In this document: one piece after another, positions 9,411 to 20,838 of the stretch
Numbering within the stretch: the first letter of the stretch is position 1
Layout: every line of letters starts with the position of its first letter
DNA from: Diplonema japonicum
Taxonomy: Eukaryota; Protista; Euglenozoa: Diplonemea
Reading direction: 5' to 3'
NCBI GenBank assembly: GCA_964019335.1
Contig: OZ025723.1
Location: 372,001-436,000 of the forward strand
Length of the DNA: 64,000 nt
Program-made: the position numbers and the translations under genes
Notes under the pieces: model-generated
Seen by the model: the letters and a program-made list of their open reading frames with translations, nothing else
Databases searched by the model: none
Told to the model about the DNA's origin: nothing

Positions 9411-10754
9411 ATGAACACAAGCAGAGCTATGCTGCGCTTCAGGCAGATGAGGAGCTGCACCACTGTGAGGCACGACTGGACCCTTAGCGAGGTGGATGCC
9501 CTGTACAAGCTCCCCCTTCTGGACCTCATCCACAAGGCAGCGACAGTGCACAGAGCCAACTTCGACTCGAACGAGGTGCAGCAGGCGACGCTCCTGTCGC
9601 TGAAAACAGGCGGCTGCAACGAGGACTGCGGGTACTGCTCGCAGAGCGTGAACCACAAGACATTCGTGAAGCCGACACCCATGCTGACCACTGAGCAGGT
9701 TCTGGAAAACGCGAAAAAGGCGAAGGCGGCAGGATCGACAAGGTTCTGCATGGGCACGGCGTGGAGGGGTGTTGGGAAGAAGAACTCCTTCAACAAGGTG
9801 CTGCAGATGGTGAAGGACGTGTCGGCCTTGGGGCTTGAAACATGCTGCACACTCGGCCTGCTCGACGCCAAGCAGGCAGTGCAGCTGAGGGAGGCAGGAC
9901 TCACAGCGTACAACCACAACCTGGACACCAGCAGAGAGCACTACAAGAAGGTGGTGAGCACACGGACCTACGATGACAGGCTGCAGACGATTGCTAATGT
10001 GCGCGACGCAGGGATCTCCGTGTGCTGCGGGGGGATCCTTGGGATCGACGAACAGGTCGAGGACAGGGTGGGGCTGGTGCACACGCTGGCAACGATGCCT
10101 GAACACCCAGAGTCTGTGCCCATCAACGCCCTGGTGCCCGTCTCAGGGACCCCTATCGGGGATAAACAGCTGGCGAGGGGCGGCACCGTTTCGTGGGATG
10201 AGATGATCCGTGCCATCTCAGTGGCCCGTATCACAATGCCCAAGGCCATGGTCCGGCTGTCCGCAGGGAGGACCGAGTTCTCTGTTTCCGAGCAGGCGCT
10301 TATGGTATATATTTTTTTTCTCTTTTTTTTTCCCCCCCAGCGTTTTCTCGAAAAACGCGATGAGCAGAGTCCCCCCCCCACCTTCGATGTAGTACCACAT
10401 CTCCTTTTTTTTTTTTTTTACCCCATATTTTGCTCTGATATTAATTCAAATGGGGGGATTTTAGGGGAAATAATACATTAACAGTTCTACGCTGGTGCCA
10501 ACTCCATTTTCACTGGTGACACACTTCTGACGACTCCCAACCCTGAGTTTAGTGAGGACGCGCAGATGTTCACTCTCCTCGGGCTGAAGGTATGGATAAG
10601 ATGAGTAAAAAAAAAAAAAAAAATCCCACAGGGCAAAGTTCCTTACACTGGCGCCACCGCGAAGTTCAGGCCCACAGCATGGGCGGATGTTGGCGAAGGT
10701 GAGCCCGTTGTCTTGAAGACAGAGGTTGCGGGTCTTAAGGCCGCTAGCGCGTAG
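9411..10754 (+). CDS. BIO2: biotin synthase (radical SAM), 3 exons, 373 aa, probable mitochondrial presequence
   Basis: [33 protein letters not shown]. Exons 9411-10304, 10485-10589, 10632-10754. Splicing restores the conserved [17 protein letters not shown]. Confidence 0.95.
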
Positions 10755-11128
10755 GGGGATCATGTTATTACTATTTTTTTTTTTTTTTTATTGACCGAGT
10801 AGTGTAAATTTCTCCCGGAACACCCGCCACCGAAATTTATCGAATTTCTTTTTTTTTCCCTTCTTCTTTTTTTTTTTTTTTTTTTCCCTTCGTTCACTGC
10901 CCCCTGTTATTGGCTTGTCTTATTTCATACAAGCAAAGAAAACGAAGAGTGGTCTTGACGGGGAGAAAAAAAAAAAAAAAAGAAAAGAAAAACACCCAGG
11001 GGAAAGGGAAAAGAAGAAAAAAAGAAGAAGAAAGAGAAGAAGGGAAAAGGTTTTTTATATTTGTTCTTCCATTGTAATTACATGTGAGATAGAAGTGCGG
11101 GTAGGCGTGGGGGAGGAGTGAAATTTAA

Positions 11129-12122
11129 CCATCTACCAACGAGCGTCTTTATAGAGACGATTTGAAAAAAAGTCTTTTGCGCAAAGGGCTTTCAATGCAA
11201 TACAGCCCGGACACTTCTCGCATCCGGGGTCCTGCGCGGAAAATATGAAAAATATAAACTAAATGCTGCCCTAACTTTGCAAGAAAATGAAAAAATAAAA
11301 AAAAACGCCAGCCCAAATTTACCCTTAAAAATCACTTCAAAAAAGGGCACCCAGAAAGAGGCCGGAAGAGGACATTATGAGTGATGGTAGCACTGATGGC
11401 TCATCCCTATTATGCAATTTTGATACGAACAGTGATTCTGATTCGAATTCGACCGATTCCGAGTCACAGCAGGGTGATTGGACGGCAAAGCCGGAGCAGT
11501 TGGAAGGCATCCGGTTTCGTGAAGATCGGAATCCTTGTGGACCCTGTTTTGACATCAGAGGCTCAACGCCATTCCATATATTCTCCCAAATGCTCGTCCC
11601 AAACGTTATTCGGGTCATAACTTCGAACAATGTGGCAAATGCGGCTAAAAAAGGTGTTTCCCTGGATCTCGATGCTGCTTCTCTGCATACCTTCCTAGGT
11701 GCCCTTTTGTCGATGGACTTGGATATCAAGCCAGATTATTCTGACTACTGGCTCCACGCCTCTCAACCACACCCCTGGGTACGCCACTGTTATGTCAAGA
11801 GACCGCTTTTTGACTATTCTGGGAAATCTGTGGCATCTGGGGCACGTACGAACCGCGTCAAGAAGGCCTTAAATAGCTTTTTATAGAATTTTACAGTCGA
11901 TTTTTTTGACTTGTTTTTTGTACCCCCTCTCGAGCACTTCGGGAACGATATTTTTGACAATGTTGTGGGGGTGGGCCCTGCTGTGGGCACCCTCTCTCTA
12001 GAATTGGGACATCTGGAGGCATTTCCGGGGGCATGTAGCCCCAGCGTTGCGCTAGAATAGTTTTTTTTTGAAGTTTTGAAAATTTACCCCCTGGTGGGCA
12101 AAAATGGTCCGTTGGTAGATGG
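11129..12122 (+). mobile_element. piggyBac-family DNA transposon, internally deleted (994 bp)
   Basis: Perfect 13-bp TIR CCATCTACCAACG (11129-11141) / CGTTGGTAGATGG (12110-12122). TTAA on both sides (11125-11128, 12123-12126). Internal transposase fragment. Confidence 0.9.
11377..11886 (+). pseudogene. truncated piggyBac transposase (N-terminal part only, 169-aa ORF)
   Basis: Acidic Ser-rich N-terminus, then TPFHIFSQML...LHTFLGALLSMDLDIKPDYSDYW, typical of the piggyBac N-terminal region. No DDD core. Confidence 0.8.
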
Positions 12123-13443
12123 TTAAAAAAAAAAAAAAAAACGTATTGTACATTTTCTTTTTTTTTTTCACTTTGGAAAAAAGAAATGAGAAGAAATTAA
12201 AAAGAAAAAAAAAAAGGAAATTGAGGAGGAGAGAGGGGAGGTAAGCTGTGGGGCAAAAAAAAACAGGAAAAAGAATGAGAAAGAAAAAAAAATTTTTTTT
12301 GTGCAAATTCTGGAGGAGGAACATTACTCGTATTTGACAAAATTGGGGGACCGAACGAAGCCATTCGTATTGAGGAAAGCAAGAACGAAAAAAGAAAAAA
12401 GAGGGAAAAAAAAAAACATCAAAAAAGAAAGTGGTTTGTCACCTCCTTGGAAGCCTCCCCCCCCCTTGAAATACCTCTGTTTTCTCCTACTCCTTTCTTC
12501 CCTGCACAATTTGTGGAGAAAGGGTAGGTTTGATCAAAAAGAGGTTTTCACTATGTCATTTTTTTTTTTTTTTTAATATTTATTACCTACCGTAAACTAA
12601 AACTAAAAAATTCTATTCACATCTTAAAAATTGCTGTAAAAAAAAAAGAAGAAGAAAAAAAAAATACTGGCAGTACCGGTGAGCGGACAAAAAATGAGGA
12701 AGAGAAAAAGCCCCTCTGTTCTCTGTTGCCAACCAGCTTCTTTTTTTGTTTTTGTTTTTTGTTTTTACAGCTTTTAGAATACGGTTACTTGTGCGTGGAG
12801 TGGTTGTGTGTATGTGCTTGTTCTGTTTTCTTTTTTTTTTTGTTTTTTGTTACAAAGGTCCGAGGGCAGGGAAAGAAAAAAAAAGGGGGAGGAAGGGAAA
12901 GAGGGGAAGGGAAAAAGAAGGGGGAGGGGAAGAAGATCAAAAAACTGACAGAAGAATGGAATGGAAAAGAAGTATTGGTGTTTTGTTATTGTTTTTTTAA
13001 AGGGCAAAGGGAGCACACACTCCTCTGCCTCCACCGTGTTCTTGTTCCTCCGCTCTGTCTTTTCTTTTTTCTTCTTCTTGTAATCCTCACTTCACATTGT
13101 TACTTTCCCCTCGCCTCCTCCCCTAGTTCTAGCTTTTGGGAAAAAAAAAAAAAAAAGATTCTGTCCGGTTGCAAAATTGCTATCTTATTATTATTATTGT
13201 CCCTCCCCTTTTTTTTTGTTTTTTTTTGTTTTTTTTTTCACTATTTGCCCCTTCGATGCCCCCCTCTCCAGTCCTTGGTGGTCGGAAAAAGGAAAAAAAA
13301 AAAAGAAAAAAGTGAAGTTCTTTTTATTTTAGTTTTTCTTGCTCTTGTTTATCCCTCGAAGGAGGGGGGGGGGGGGGGGAAGAGAAAACAAAAAAGGACA
13401 AAAAGAAATAAAATAAAACAAAAAAACATATTTACATTTACAC

Positions 13444-15126
13444 ATGGACCACCTAAGTGACGAGCAGCTCGGCCAATGGCTGGCGAACACAAACCCAGAC
13501 GGTACCCCAAAAACAAACAACGAAGAGGGTCGGAAGAAGTTCGAGGCAGAGGTGAACAAGCTCAACACACAAATTACCGACGCCCTGCATCAGTCAGAGG
13601 AGGTCGAGTACGGGAAAACAAAGGTCCTCGAAGCCATCAAAGGCTACGAGGAAGCAAAGCAGGACCCAGCCAAGGCACTAGAGGACATCGCAAGGTCGAT
13701 GGAAAACTCGATAAAAGAGGAACGCAGGAAGGAAGACGAAGTCAGACGGAGCGAGATGCAAGCAGTCTCCGACCTCATTAAGTTGCAATCGCACGAAACG
13801 AAGATGAAGCAAGAGCACATGCAGATCGAGCAGAGCCTCAACAACATCACGGACTACTTCAACAGTTTCGACGGCACGCAGGAACAGGCCGTTGATCTCA
13901 TCCGGAAGATGGGGAACGGTGACCCAGTGCCCCTCAGCGGGACTGCAGACCTCAACACCCTACGCACAGCCATCGCCGATGGTCTCAGAACGTCATCTGG
14001 GGAAACACACGCCAAGTACCTGGACCTACAGCAGCAAGCTTCTGAGACCGACCCCAGCGACACCGCCACCATCGCCAGCTTGATAAGCGAGTGCATCGCG
14101 CATGGTGTCTCCAAGACCAACACCCCCATCGTCCCCATGCGTTCTGTGAAGGAGGCCATCTACAAGGCGCTCGACGATCTGGATAATCCCAGCGACGCCG
14201 CCCTCAAGACGCAGTACGAGGCGCTCCTTGTGCGTGCTGAGGCCACCGACCCCAACGACGGCATCGCATGCGCCAACCTCATGACCGAGATCATCACCTT
14301 GCAGCCCTTGCCTCAAGCGGACGCATCCGAAACCCCACAACAACCTCCTGCACGGCAGACAACCAAGCCAGCAACACACACTACAACACAACAACCTGCC
14401 AAGCCAGACGCCGCAGAACCTCAAAGAGAGCCTGCCGCCCCTGTGGCCCAGGTCTCGTGTGGGAAGGCGACAATTGACTCTTACGTGTTTCAAACATTTT
14501 TGCAGTACAGCAGCATGGAAGACGAGGTGGAGTTAGTGCTGTGCGACGAGGAGGAGGGCATAGCCGTGGAATGGGAAGGGAACAGGGTGACGGGGCTGTT
14601 GACTGTGTGCAAGGTTGTGGCCGGTCTGTGCAGCAAAGGGAGGTTCATGTACCCTACGAAGTCGGTGATCCTCATGGGACTGGTGGACGAGGCGCTGGAA
14701 GACGTGAGGCCGTTGCTGGGGCTCACACGGGCTGTCGTGAAATACGAAGCAGTACCCAGGGGATGGGTCAAAGGAGCGCAGGCGGCCAATGAAGATTTAG
14801 TGTCGTTGCTGAATGAAGTGCGTGCAGTGATGACCAGGATCAATTCAAAGTACTTCAAATCAGACCAGGGTGACACCATGTTCAGCGTGAAGCCCGTCCT
14901 TCCCGACGTCATCCTCACCTGCTGTGTCAAGGTACTCTCTGCCTATGGATTGCGGCCCTCCACATTGGCCTGCCACAGGGTGGCCTACGCACTCTCTTCT
15001 GAAGAGAAGTCCTCCGTAGCCCTATGCCTCCCGCCCCCCGACACCACTGTTCTTAGCGTCGTCTCCTCGTGGCTCGAAACCTCCATGCAGAGCACGAGGC
15101 GTGCAAGGATCGCAGGCCTCGCATAG
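13444..15126 (+). CDS. hypothetical protein (560 aa): coiled-coil N-terminus, P/Q/T linker, globular C-terminus
   Basis: Long ORF with coding-like composition, sharply distinct from the homopolymer-rich flanks. Confidence 0.8.
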   Translation: MDHLSDEQLGQWLANTNPDGTPKTNNEEGRKKFEAEVNKLNTQITDALHQSEEVEYGKTKVLEAIKGYEEAKQDPAKALEDIARSMENSIKEERRKEDEVRRSEMQAVSDLIKLQSHETKMKQEHMQIEQSLNNITDYFNSFDGTQEQAVDLIRKMGNGDPVPLSGTADLNTLRTAIADGLRTSSGETHAKYLDLQQQASETDPSDTATIASLISECIAHGVSKTNTPIVPMRSVKEAIYKALDDLDNPSDAALKTQYEALLVRAEATDPNDGIACANLMTEIITLQPLPQADASETPQQPPARQTTKPATHTTTQQPAKPDAAEPQREPAAPVAQVSCGKATIDSYVFQTFLQYSSMEDEVELVLCDEEEGIAVEWEGNRVTGLLTVCKVVAGLCSKGRFMYPTKSVILMGLVDEALEDVRPLLGLTRAVVKYEAVPRGWVKGAQAANEDLVSLLNEVRAVMTRINSKYFKSDQGDTMFSVKPVLPDVILTCCVKVLSAYGLRPSTLACHRVAYALSSEEKSSVALCLPPPDTTVLSVVSSWLETSMQSTRRARIAGLA

Positions 15127-15241
15127 CAAACATTTCCGTGTTGATGCTAAGCTGGTGCGTTTTAATAATATAAGGTAATTTTTTAATGTTTTATTTATGC
15201 TTTTTATATAACTTGACAACAACCTCTTGCCACAGGTCACA

Positions 15242-16315
15242 ATGATGAACATACTGACACCCGATGTGTCGAAGACGGCACCTGAAGCGCTGCCTACACC
15301 CGAGGCACCGTCGACACTAGGGGGGTCAGAAGCAAGGGGTGAGGAGGAAGAAGAGGAAGAAGGAGGGTCGGCCGAACTGATAAGCGAGAGTGCCGGAAGC
15401 ACCGTTGCAAGTGGGGACCGGGATAAAGAACAACCACTGCCTCGGGGTGCAAGGAAGTTTCTGAAGGAGCGGGAAAAGCAGGCGCGGGCAGCTGAGGGAC
15501 AGGCCAAGCGGTTCAGAGCTGTGGAGCGACAACGGTTGATGGTGAAGGCTGAAGGCGAGCAGAAGGCAACCATGCTGCAGGTCAGGGAGGAGCAGATAGA
15601 GCGTGTGCGGGCGAAGAAGGACTTCGTGTCGAAGGATGCTGCAAGGGCGAGCTCTATGAAGAGCACATTCAAGGCGGCTGAAGCGAAGACACGGAAGAAG
15701 GCCTTCGAACTGGCAAGTGCCGAGTGGGCTGCAGAGCAGCTTCGGATATGCGAGGCAAAGCTTGCAACCGTGGAAGTTATACAAGCCAAGAAAGTGGAGA
15801 ACCGATCACATCATGCGCAGGCTATGATTTTGAACGAAAAGGAGCAAAAGGAAATCACGACGGCAGTCGTAAAGGAGAGCAAGAAACAGGAATATGCGGT
15901 ATTCTGTGAACGGAAGAAGCAGCTCACGTTGCTGGACGAGATCTCGAAGAAGGAGAAGCGAGACAAAGAGGACAAGGAGAGGATCCTGAAAATGCGAGCG
16001 GAAAACCTTAAGAAGCAAGCAGAGCAGGAATCGATGAAGCAAGAGAAATTGTCCTTCGCAGAGCAGCTACGGAAAGAGCAGGAGGAGAAGAGGGCGGCAA
16101 AGCGTGATGCAGCTAGATGGGCTCAGCTTGCTACACAACCAACACCTGTGGTGCCCCCTGCACCTGTAACACCTCCAAAGACACCTCCCGAGATATCCTT
16201 GACACAGTATAAGTCGCTTTCTTCCAGCAGGTACTCCACAGTCGCATCCCTTCCACAGGCAGTTCTCGAGGCGCTTGACTCGTCACACCCTGTTTGCAAA
16301 AAGAAGTGGAAGTGA
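15242..16315 (+). CDS. charged coiled-coil protein (357 aa)
   Basis: E/K/R-rich ORF. ATG 15242 follows CACAG. Confidence 0.75.
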   Translation: MMNILTPDVSKTAPEALPTPEAPSTLGGSEARGEEEEEEEGGSAELISESAGSTVASGDRDKEQPLPRGARKFLKEREKQARAAEGQAKRFRAVERQRLMVKAEGEQKATMLQVREEQIERVRAKKDFVSKDAARASSMKSTFKAAEAKTRKKAFELASAEWAAEQLRICEAKLATVEVIQAKKVENRSHHAQAMILNEKEQKEITTAVVKESKKQEYAVFCERKKQLTLLDEISKKEKRDKEDKERILKMRAENLKKQAEQESMKQEKLSFAEQLRKEQEEKRAAKRDAARWAQLATQPTPVVPPAPVTPPKTPPEISLTQYKSLSSSRYSTVASLPQAVLEALDSSHPVCKKKWK

Positions 16316-16471
16316 ACGACACGATTCGTTACAGACCCCCCCTTAGACTCACGGCAGCCCCCTTCGATGGCGGCTGGACCGTGGTGTATACGTTGTTTAG
16401 TTGTGTTATTATTCTCAATTTTTTTTTTTTTTTTTTAAATTTTCGTTCTCTGCTATCATTCCAGGCGATCC

Positions 16472-17759
16472 ATGGGGTACCCGCAGTACGATGGCCAGGG
16501 GTCCTGGCAGTCAGGGTGGGACAAACCGAGCCACGATTTTGGGCATGTGAGGGGGAACGTGCCGCCGCCGCCTCCTCAGCACTGGGATCAGGGTGGTTAT
16601 GCAGGGTCGGCACAACAGGGGTATCAGGAGCGGGATAGTGGGTATGGTGCTAACTTTGTAGCACCTAACGAGTCGGGGATAAGGGTGCCTCCTGCGGGGG
16701 CGCCTCCAGGGGGGCACTCTGTCAAGACCGGCATCACGCCTCGGTCCGCCCCCCGCACGTCGGTGCCCTGCGTGGTTCCAAAGCCATCGCCTCCCCCCAT
16801 CACCGTCCCCCAAGCTCCTACCACCTCAAACGGCGCACCTCAGCAACCCTCCTGCGATTACGCTCCTCTTCAAAAGGCCGTCAAGTTCTTCGTCGCATCT
16901 CAGCTCAGCAAATTTTTCACCCAATCTCGTATGGCGGAAAGAAAAAAGAAACAAAAAAAGAGTAGGGGAAAAAAAAGAGAAAAAAAAATAGGTTACCTGG
17001 ACAGCAACCAGAACGAGTTTTTGAACTGTGCAAACCATCTTATAGAAAAGATTATGGAAGTGGTATGATTTCTTACACACCCCACCCCACCCCACCCCTC
17101 ACAGGAGAAAGCGAAAGGTTCCGATACCTACAAGACGCGACGCATGCAAGAGAGCGTGCTGACGTTTGTTAACGCATACATGGAGAAGTATATGTTGAAG
17201 AAAGAGAAGATGTTGAGGGAGATGGGGAAGTCGAAAAGGCCCGAAGCGCGAGGACAAAGGAAGAAGAGGAAGAGGTACGGACGGGTAGAGGTGTGTAAAC
17301 CCAAAAATACCCCCCCCCCCCTTTTTATAAAAGAAAAAAAACCCCCCAGCTCCACGGTGACCCTGCGGTGCAGCCCATGGACGACAGTAGTGAAGAGGAC
17401 GATGATGCGGATGATGTTGTGATGCTGAAGCACGAGACTGGCGTGAGGGAGTTGTTCACCACATCGAATTCTTTGATCTCCCCCAAGAAGGACGAAGCGG
17501 TGGAGAACACACCCACGCCAACGAAACAGGGAGGCACACAGACACAGCATGACCCCATTCCGTTTTCTTCCCAGCCTTCGCGGTCCCGTTCGGGTGTAAA
17601 AGTGGATTATGGTTATGACGAACAAGAGGTAGACGGCTTCACGGAGTCCTCTATGAGCGATAACGAGCCTATAGCTGTGGAAGATGTATGTAAATCGAAC
17701 CAACTCAACTTTTTTTTTTTCTTTTTTTCCCACAGCCGTCGAAGGCCGAGAGAGCGTAA
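16472..17759 (+). CDS. low-complexity protein with an SRI (Set2-Rpb1-interacting)-like domain, 5 exons, 357 aa
   Basis: Exons 16472-16928, 16992-17062, 17105-17290, 17350-17685, 17736-17759 (sum 1074 nt). Spliced core LQKAVKFFVASQLSKFF..SNQNEFLNCANHLIEKIMEVEK..MQESVLTFVNAYMEKY follows the three-helix SRI pattern. Confidence 0.7.
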
Positions 17760-17771
17760 AGGGCGGGAATG

Positions 17772-17815
<44 letters not shown>

Positions 17816-18001
17816 GAAAAGAAAAAAAGAAAAATACTGTATTTTTGGTACGGTAGTGTTTTTTTTTTTTTTTTTTGTACCTACCATCCCTTCCCCTCAT
17901 TCCCCTTTGATGTTTCTTTTTTAAGAACGGGGGGGAATAAGTGTTTTGCCCCCCATACCCTTTCCCCTCTCCCCAAGAGAAAGGGTATTTTTTTTTATTA
18001 A

Positions 18002-19785
18002 CCATTAAGCCCACAGGCAAAAAACCGAAAAAAGCCCATTTTTGGCGATTCCAAAAAATTCAAAAAAATGGCAGCATTTACCATACAAAGTGTTCTTTTT
18101 ATGGAGAAATGACCTCTGGAGACATTCAGGTATCAGGGTTCCCCTGAACTGGCTTTTGAACTTATGATTTTTGACCCAACACCCTTTTTGGTAAGGGGGG
18201 GGGGAGAAAAATAGAAAAAAGTGCAAAATAAATAATAATAAAATGCACTAAAAACCCCTTGTAACACTATTCTAGCCCAGATTTAGCTTGCGTTTCACAC
18301 CTCTCTGGCCAGTGCGGGGGTCCATCAATGAGTTTCTGGTACTTGTCGGTGTTTCGGGCTCCTGAAGATCATCCTCGGTGATGTCTTCGTTCAGGTGGTA
18401 AAGCCAAAAGCAAGGTGTGGAATAGAGGCACTTGCCACAGGTGGAACATTCATAGCCAGAAGACCTTCTGGGACCCATGCAATGATGGACTACGCACCTA
18501 TTATGCTAATTTTTGCAGGAAAATGCTCTTTGATGCGGTCAAACCTTACATCCTTCGAGTCTTGTGGTCTCGATGGTGCAGGTTCTTTGCCCATGCATTT
18601 ACAGAGGCCGTGTGCGATGCATTCTTCCAGTTCATTGAACTTGATGGGGGAATTGACGCTCTTCGCAAGTACCCAGCAGCTGAAGAGGCTTTTGTCAAGC
18701 AGGAACCTTAATATTTTCATCTGCCACCGGCGGCTTTGGACTACTTTGTGTTGCGTTGGGTGGCAGCGTCGTTCCCATCTACACCCCATAAGGGAGGTGT
18801 AGGTTTCAACGACCTTTGGAATGGGAAAGGCGACCCTGGACTTTTTCTTTGCCTTGCCGACCCATCTTTGACGAGTGGCGGTCATCTTTGGCTTGAAAGG
18901 GGAGAAGCACAAGCTTTCCGCCCTGCCACAAAAAAAAAGTGCATGCCGGGCCTGTTTCGTTGGAACACCCGGAACTCTCCCCTTTCATCACCTGCCCCCG
19001 TTCCTTGATAGTCCGGCCTTTCCCCAACGCTGCATCGCAGCTTCAACCAGCCCGCGGGCCTTGTAGAGTTTGTCATGCCGGGCTGATCTCATCTCGATCA
19101 GGGTCCCGGGATGGGTCCTTGCACAGATATATGTTTCCAAAGAACAGCTCAAACCGGTTTCCGGACATGACGCGCGCAAACGCCTGAGTATGCATAATGG
19201 AGTCAGAATCGGTTTTCCAGTAGTCACGGAAGTTGGGACGGATGGTGAGGTCCATTAACACCCATAGGCCCAGAAACGCTCGGATTTCGGCTTCCGTGAC
19301 TCTTTTGTCGATTTTGCGGCGCTCCAGGTGGTTGTTTGTGAATGCTGTCAGGCATCGGAGGGTGTATGGTGTAAAAAACGAATAAAAAAGCTGGAGAGGG
19401 CTCTTCCCTGTTGGGTCGTCTGCTGGTTCGATTACACTGCCTCTTTCCACCCTATTTCCTCCAATTCTTCCACACTTTCCTCCCCCCAAGTACTACTAGA
19501 CTCAGAACTACCATGCCAGACATTTCTTAGCATTCTTCATCGCTCACGACCAGCCCTCTGCTCCAGTCGAGTATTCTTCATTCTCAAATCATTTTCCCCC
19601 GGATTTTCGACCTCTCAAATTCTTAAAATAATGCTGAAAAAGGGCAGCATTTAGCCAAACAAAGTGGGGAAAATCGCGCAATGGCGTCAGAAAAGTGAAA
19701 GAAAGGTCATAATTTGACCAAAAGGCCTATAGATTTTTTCTTTTTTTTTTTTTATGTCATATTATATGACATGTGGGTTTAATGG
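18002..19785 (-). mobile_element. piggyBac-family DNA transposon, decayed (1784 bp)
   Basis: 14-bp TIR with one mismatch: CCATTAAGCCCACA (18002-18015) / TGTGGGTTTAATGG (19772-19785). TTAA at 17998-18001 and 19786-19789. Transposase remnants on the minus strand. Confidence 0.92.
18272..19520 (-). pseudogene. frameshifted, internally deleted piggyBac transposase
   Basis: In order on the minus strand: SPLQLFYSFFT..EIRAFLGLWVLM..RDYW..VMSGNRF; DKLYKARGLV; PKVVETYTSLMG then a frameshifted VDGND (MGGVDxxD motif); RRWQMKILRFLLD; C-terminal YECSTCGKCLYSTPCFWLYH zinc finger. Confidence 0.88.
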
Positions 19786-20233
19786 TTAAAAAAAAAAAAC
19801 CATCTCGTAAAACAAAAGGTAAAAACCATGTGTTAACCCGCATGGGTGGTGAAGGAATAAGAGATGCAGAAAAAAAAAAAAAAAAGTGAGGGTAATTTAA
19901 AAAAGAAAAAAAGAAGAAGGAAACAAGAAAAAGGAAATAACCGTATAAGTTGCGCCCCAGGCCAACCTATCCGTACTCCTTTTTTTTTTTTCTCCCCTTT
20001 TTTTTATTTTCTCTTCACTCCCCCAGTCCCCATTTTCCCCCCCTGATCAAAAACAAAATGGAAGAAGAAGAACGGGAAAAAGAAAGGCGACAGGTGTTTA
20101 GTAATAAGAAGGCATCATTTTGTCGGTTAGTTTTTTTTCCTCCTTTTTTTTTTTCCCCCGCAGTAAAGGACTCCTTATATCACATCAAAAAAAAAGAATT
20201 AAAAAAGAGGGGGGGGGGGGAGGGTTACTTGAG

Positions 20234-20712
20234 ATGCTCCGGAGATGCATTCTAAGGCTGAACAGGCCGCCCCCTGGGATGGAACACGAGGGGCATGTTG
20301 TGGGCAGAGGCATCTCGGAAGAGATGAAGCAGAACATTGCTTCAGACGTGGAACACAGCGTGACCTTCGGGGGGACAAGAGCCGAGCGGATGGAGAGACT
20401 GACGGAACAGCAGACGAAACGAAATGAAGGAACAGCCGCTGAGACGCGTGCAAAGTGGGAAGAGAAACAAAACAACAGACAGCGCAGCCTCCTCCTTAAA
20501 AACCAAGGAATGGGGACGACACAGGTAAACACGAACAGCTTGGGCCTCGACCTGAATCCGAACCACCAGGTATAAAAGAATGGAAAAAAAAAAAAAAAAA
20601 AAAAAAAAAAACGAATCAGGAAATGAAGCGACACGAGTCGGTCTCGAAGTTGCACCAGAAGAAGAAGGGCAAGCGGTTCGTACGTGATGACGACGATGAC
20701 GAAGATGATTGA
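20234..20712 (+). CDS. small protein with MLRR mitochondrial-type presequence, 2 exons, 142 aa
   Basis: Starts MLRRCILRLN. Intron 20570-20619 (GTATAA...poly-A...ATCAG). Exon 2 reads EMKRHESVSKLHQKKKGKRFVRDDDDDEDD*. Confidence 0.75.
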
Positions 20713-20838
20713 GAAAAAATGCAAAAAAAAAAAAAAAAAGATAAAACCGGAGTGGGTGGGTGGGGTATTCTTTTTTTTTTTCTCCCTCCCTCCTCCTGTT
20801 TCCCCATATTCAACACCTACAGTGGGGATGCAACCATA

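Noticed and set aside
7012-10754. GNA1-MBL-BIO2 as a metabolic operon
   Set aside because: Unrelated pathways. Co-orientation is universal here, so adjacency carries no information.
12052-13460. ORFs rich in F/K/G (e.g. 12726-13460, 7258-7890, 7701-8210)
   Set aside because: Translations of homopolymer tracts.
19833-19850. TTAACCC resembling another piggyBac end
   Set aside because: No matching inverted partner seen in the window.
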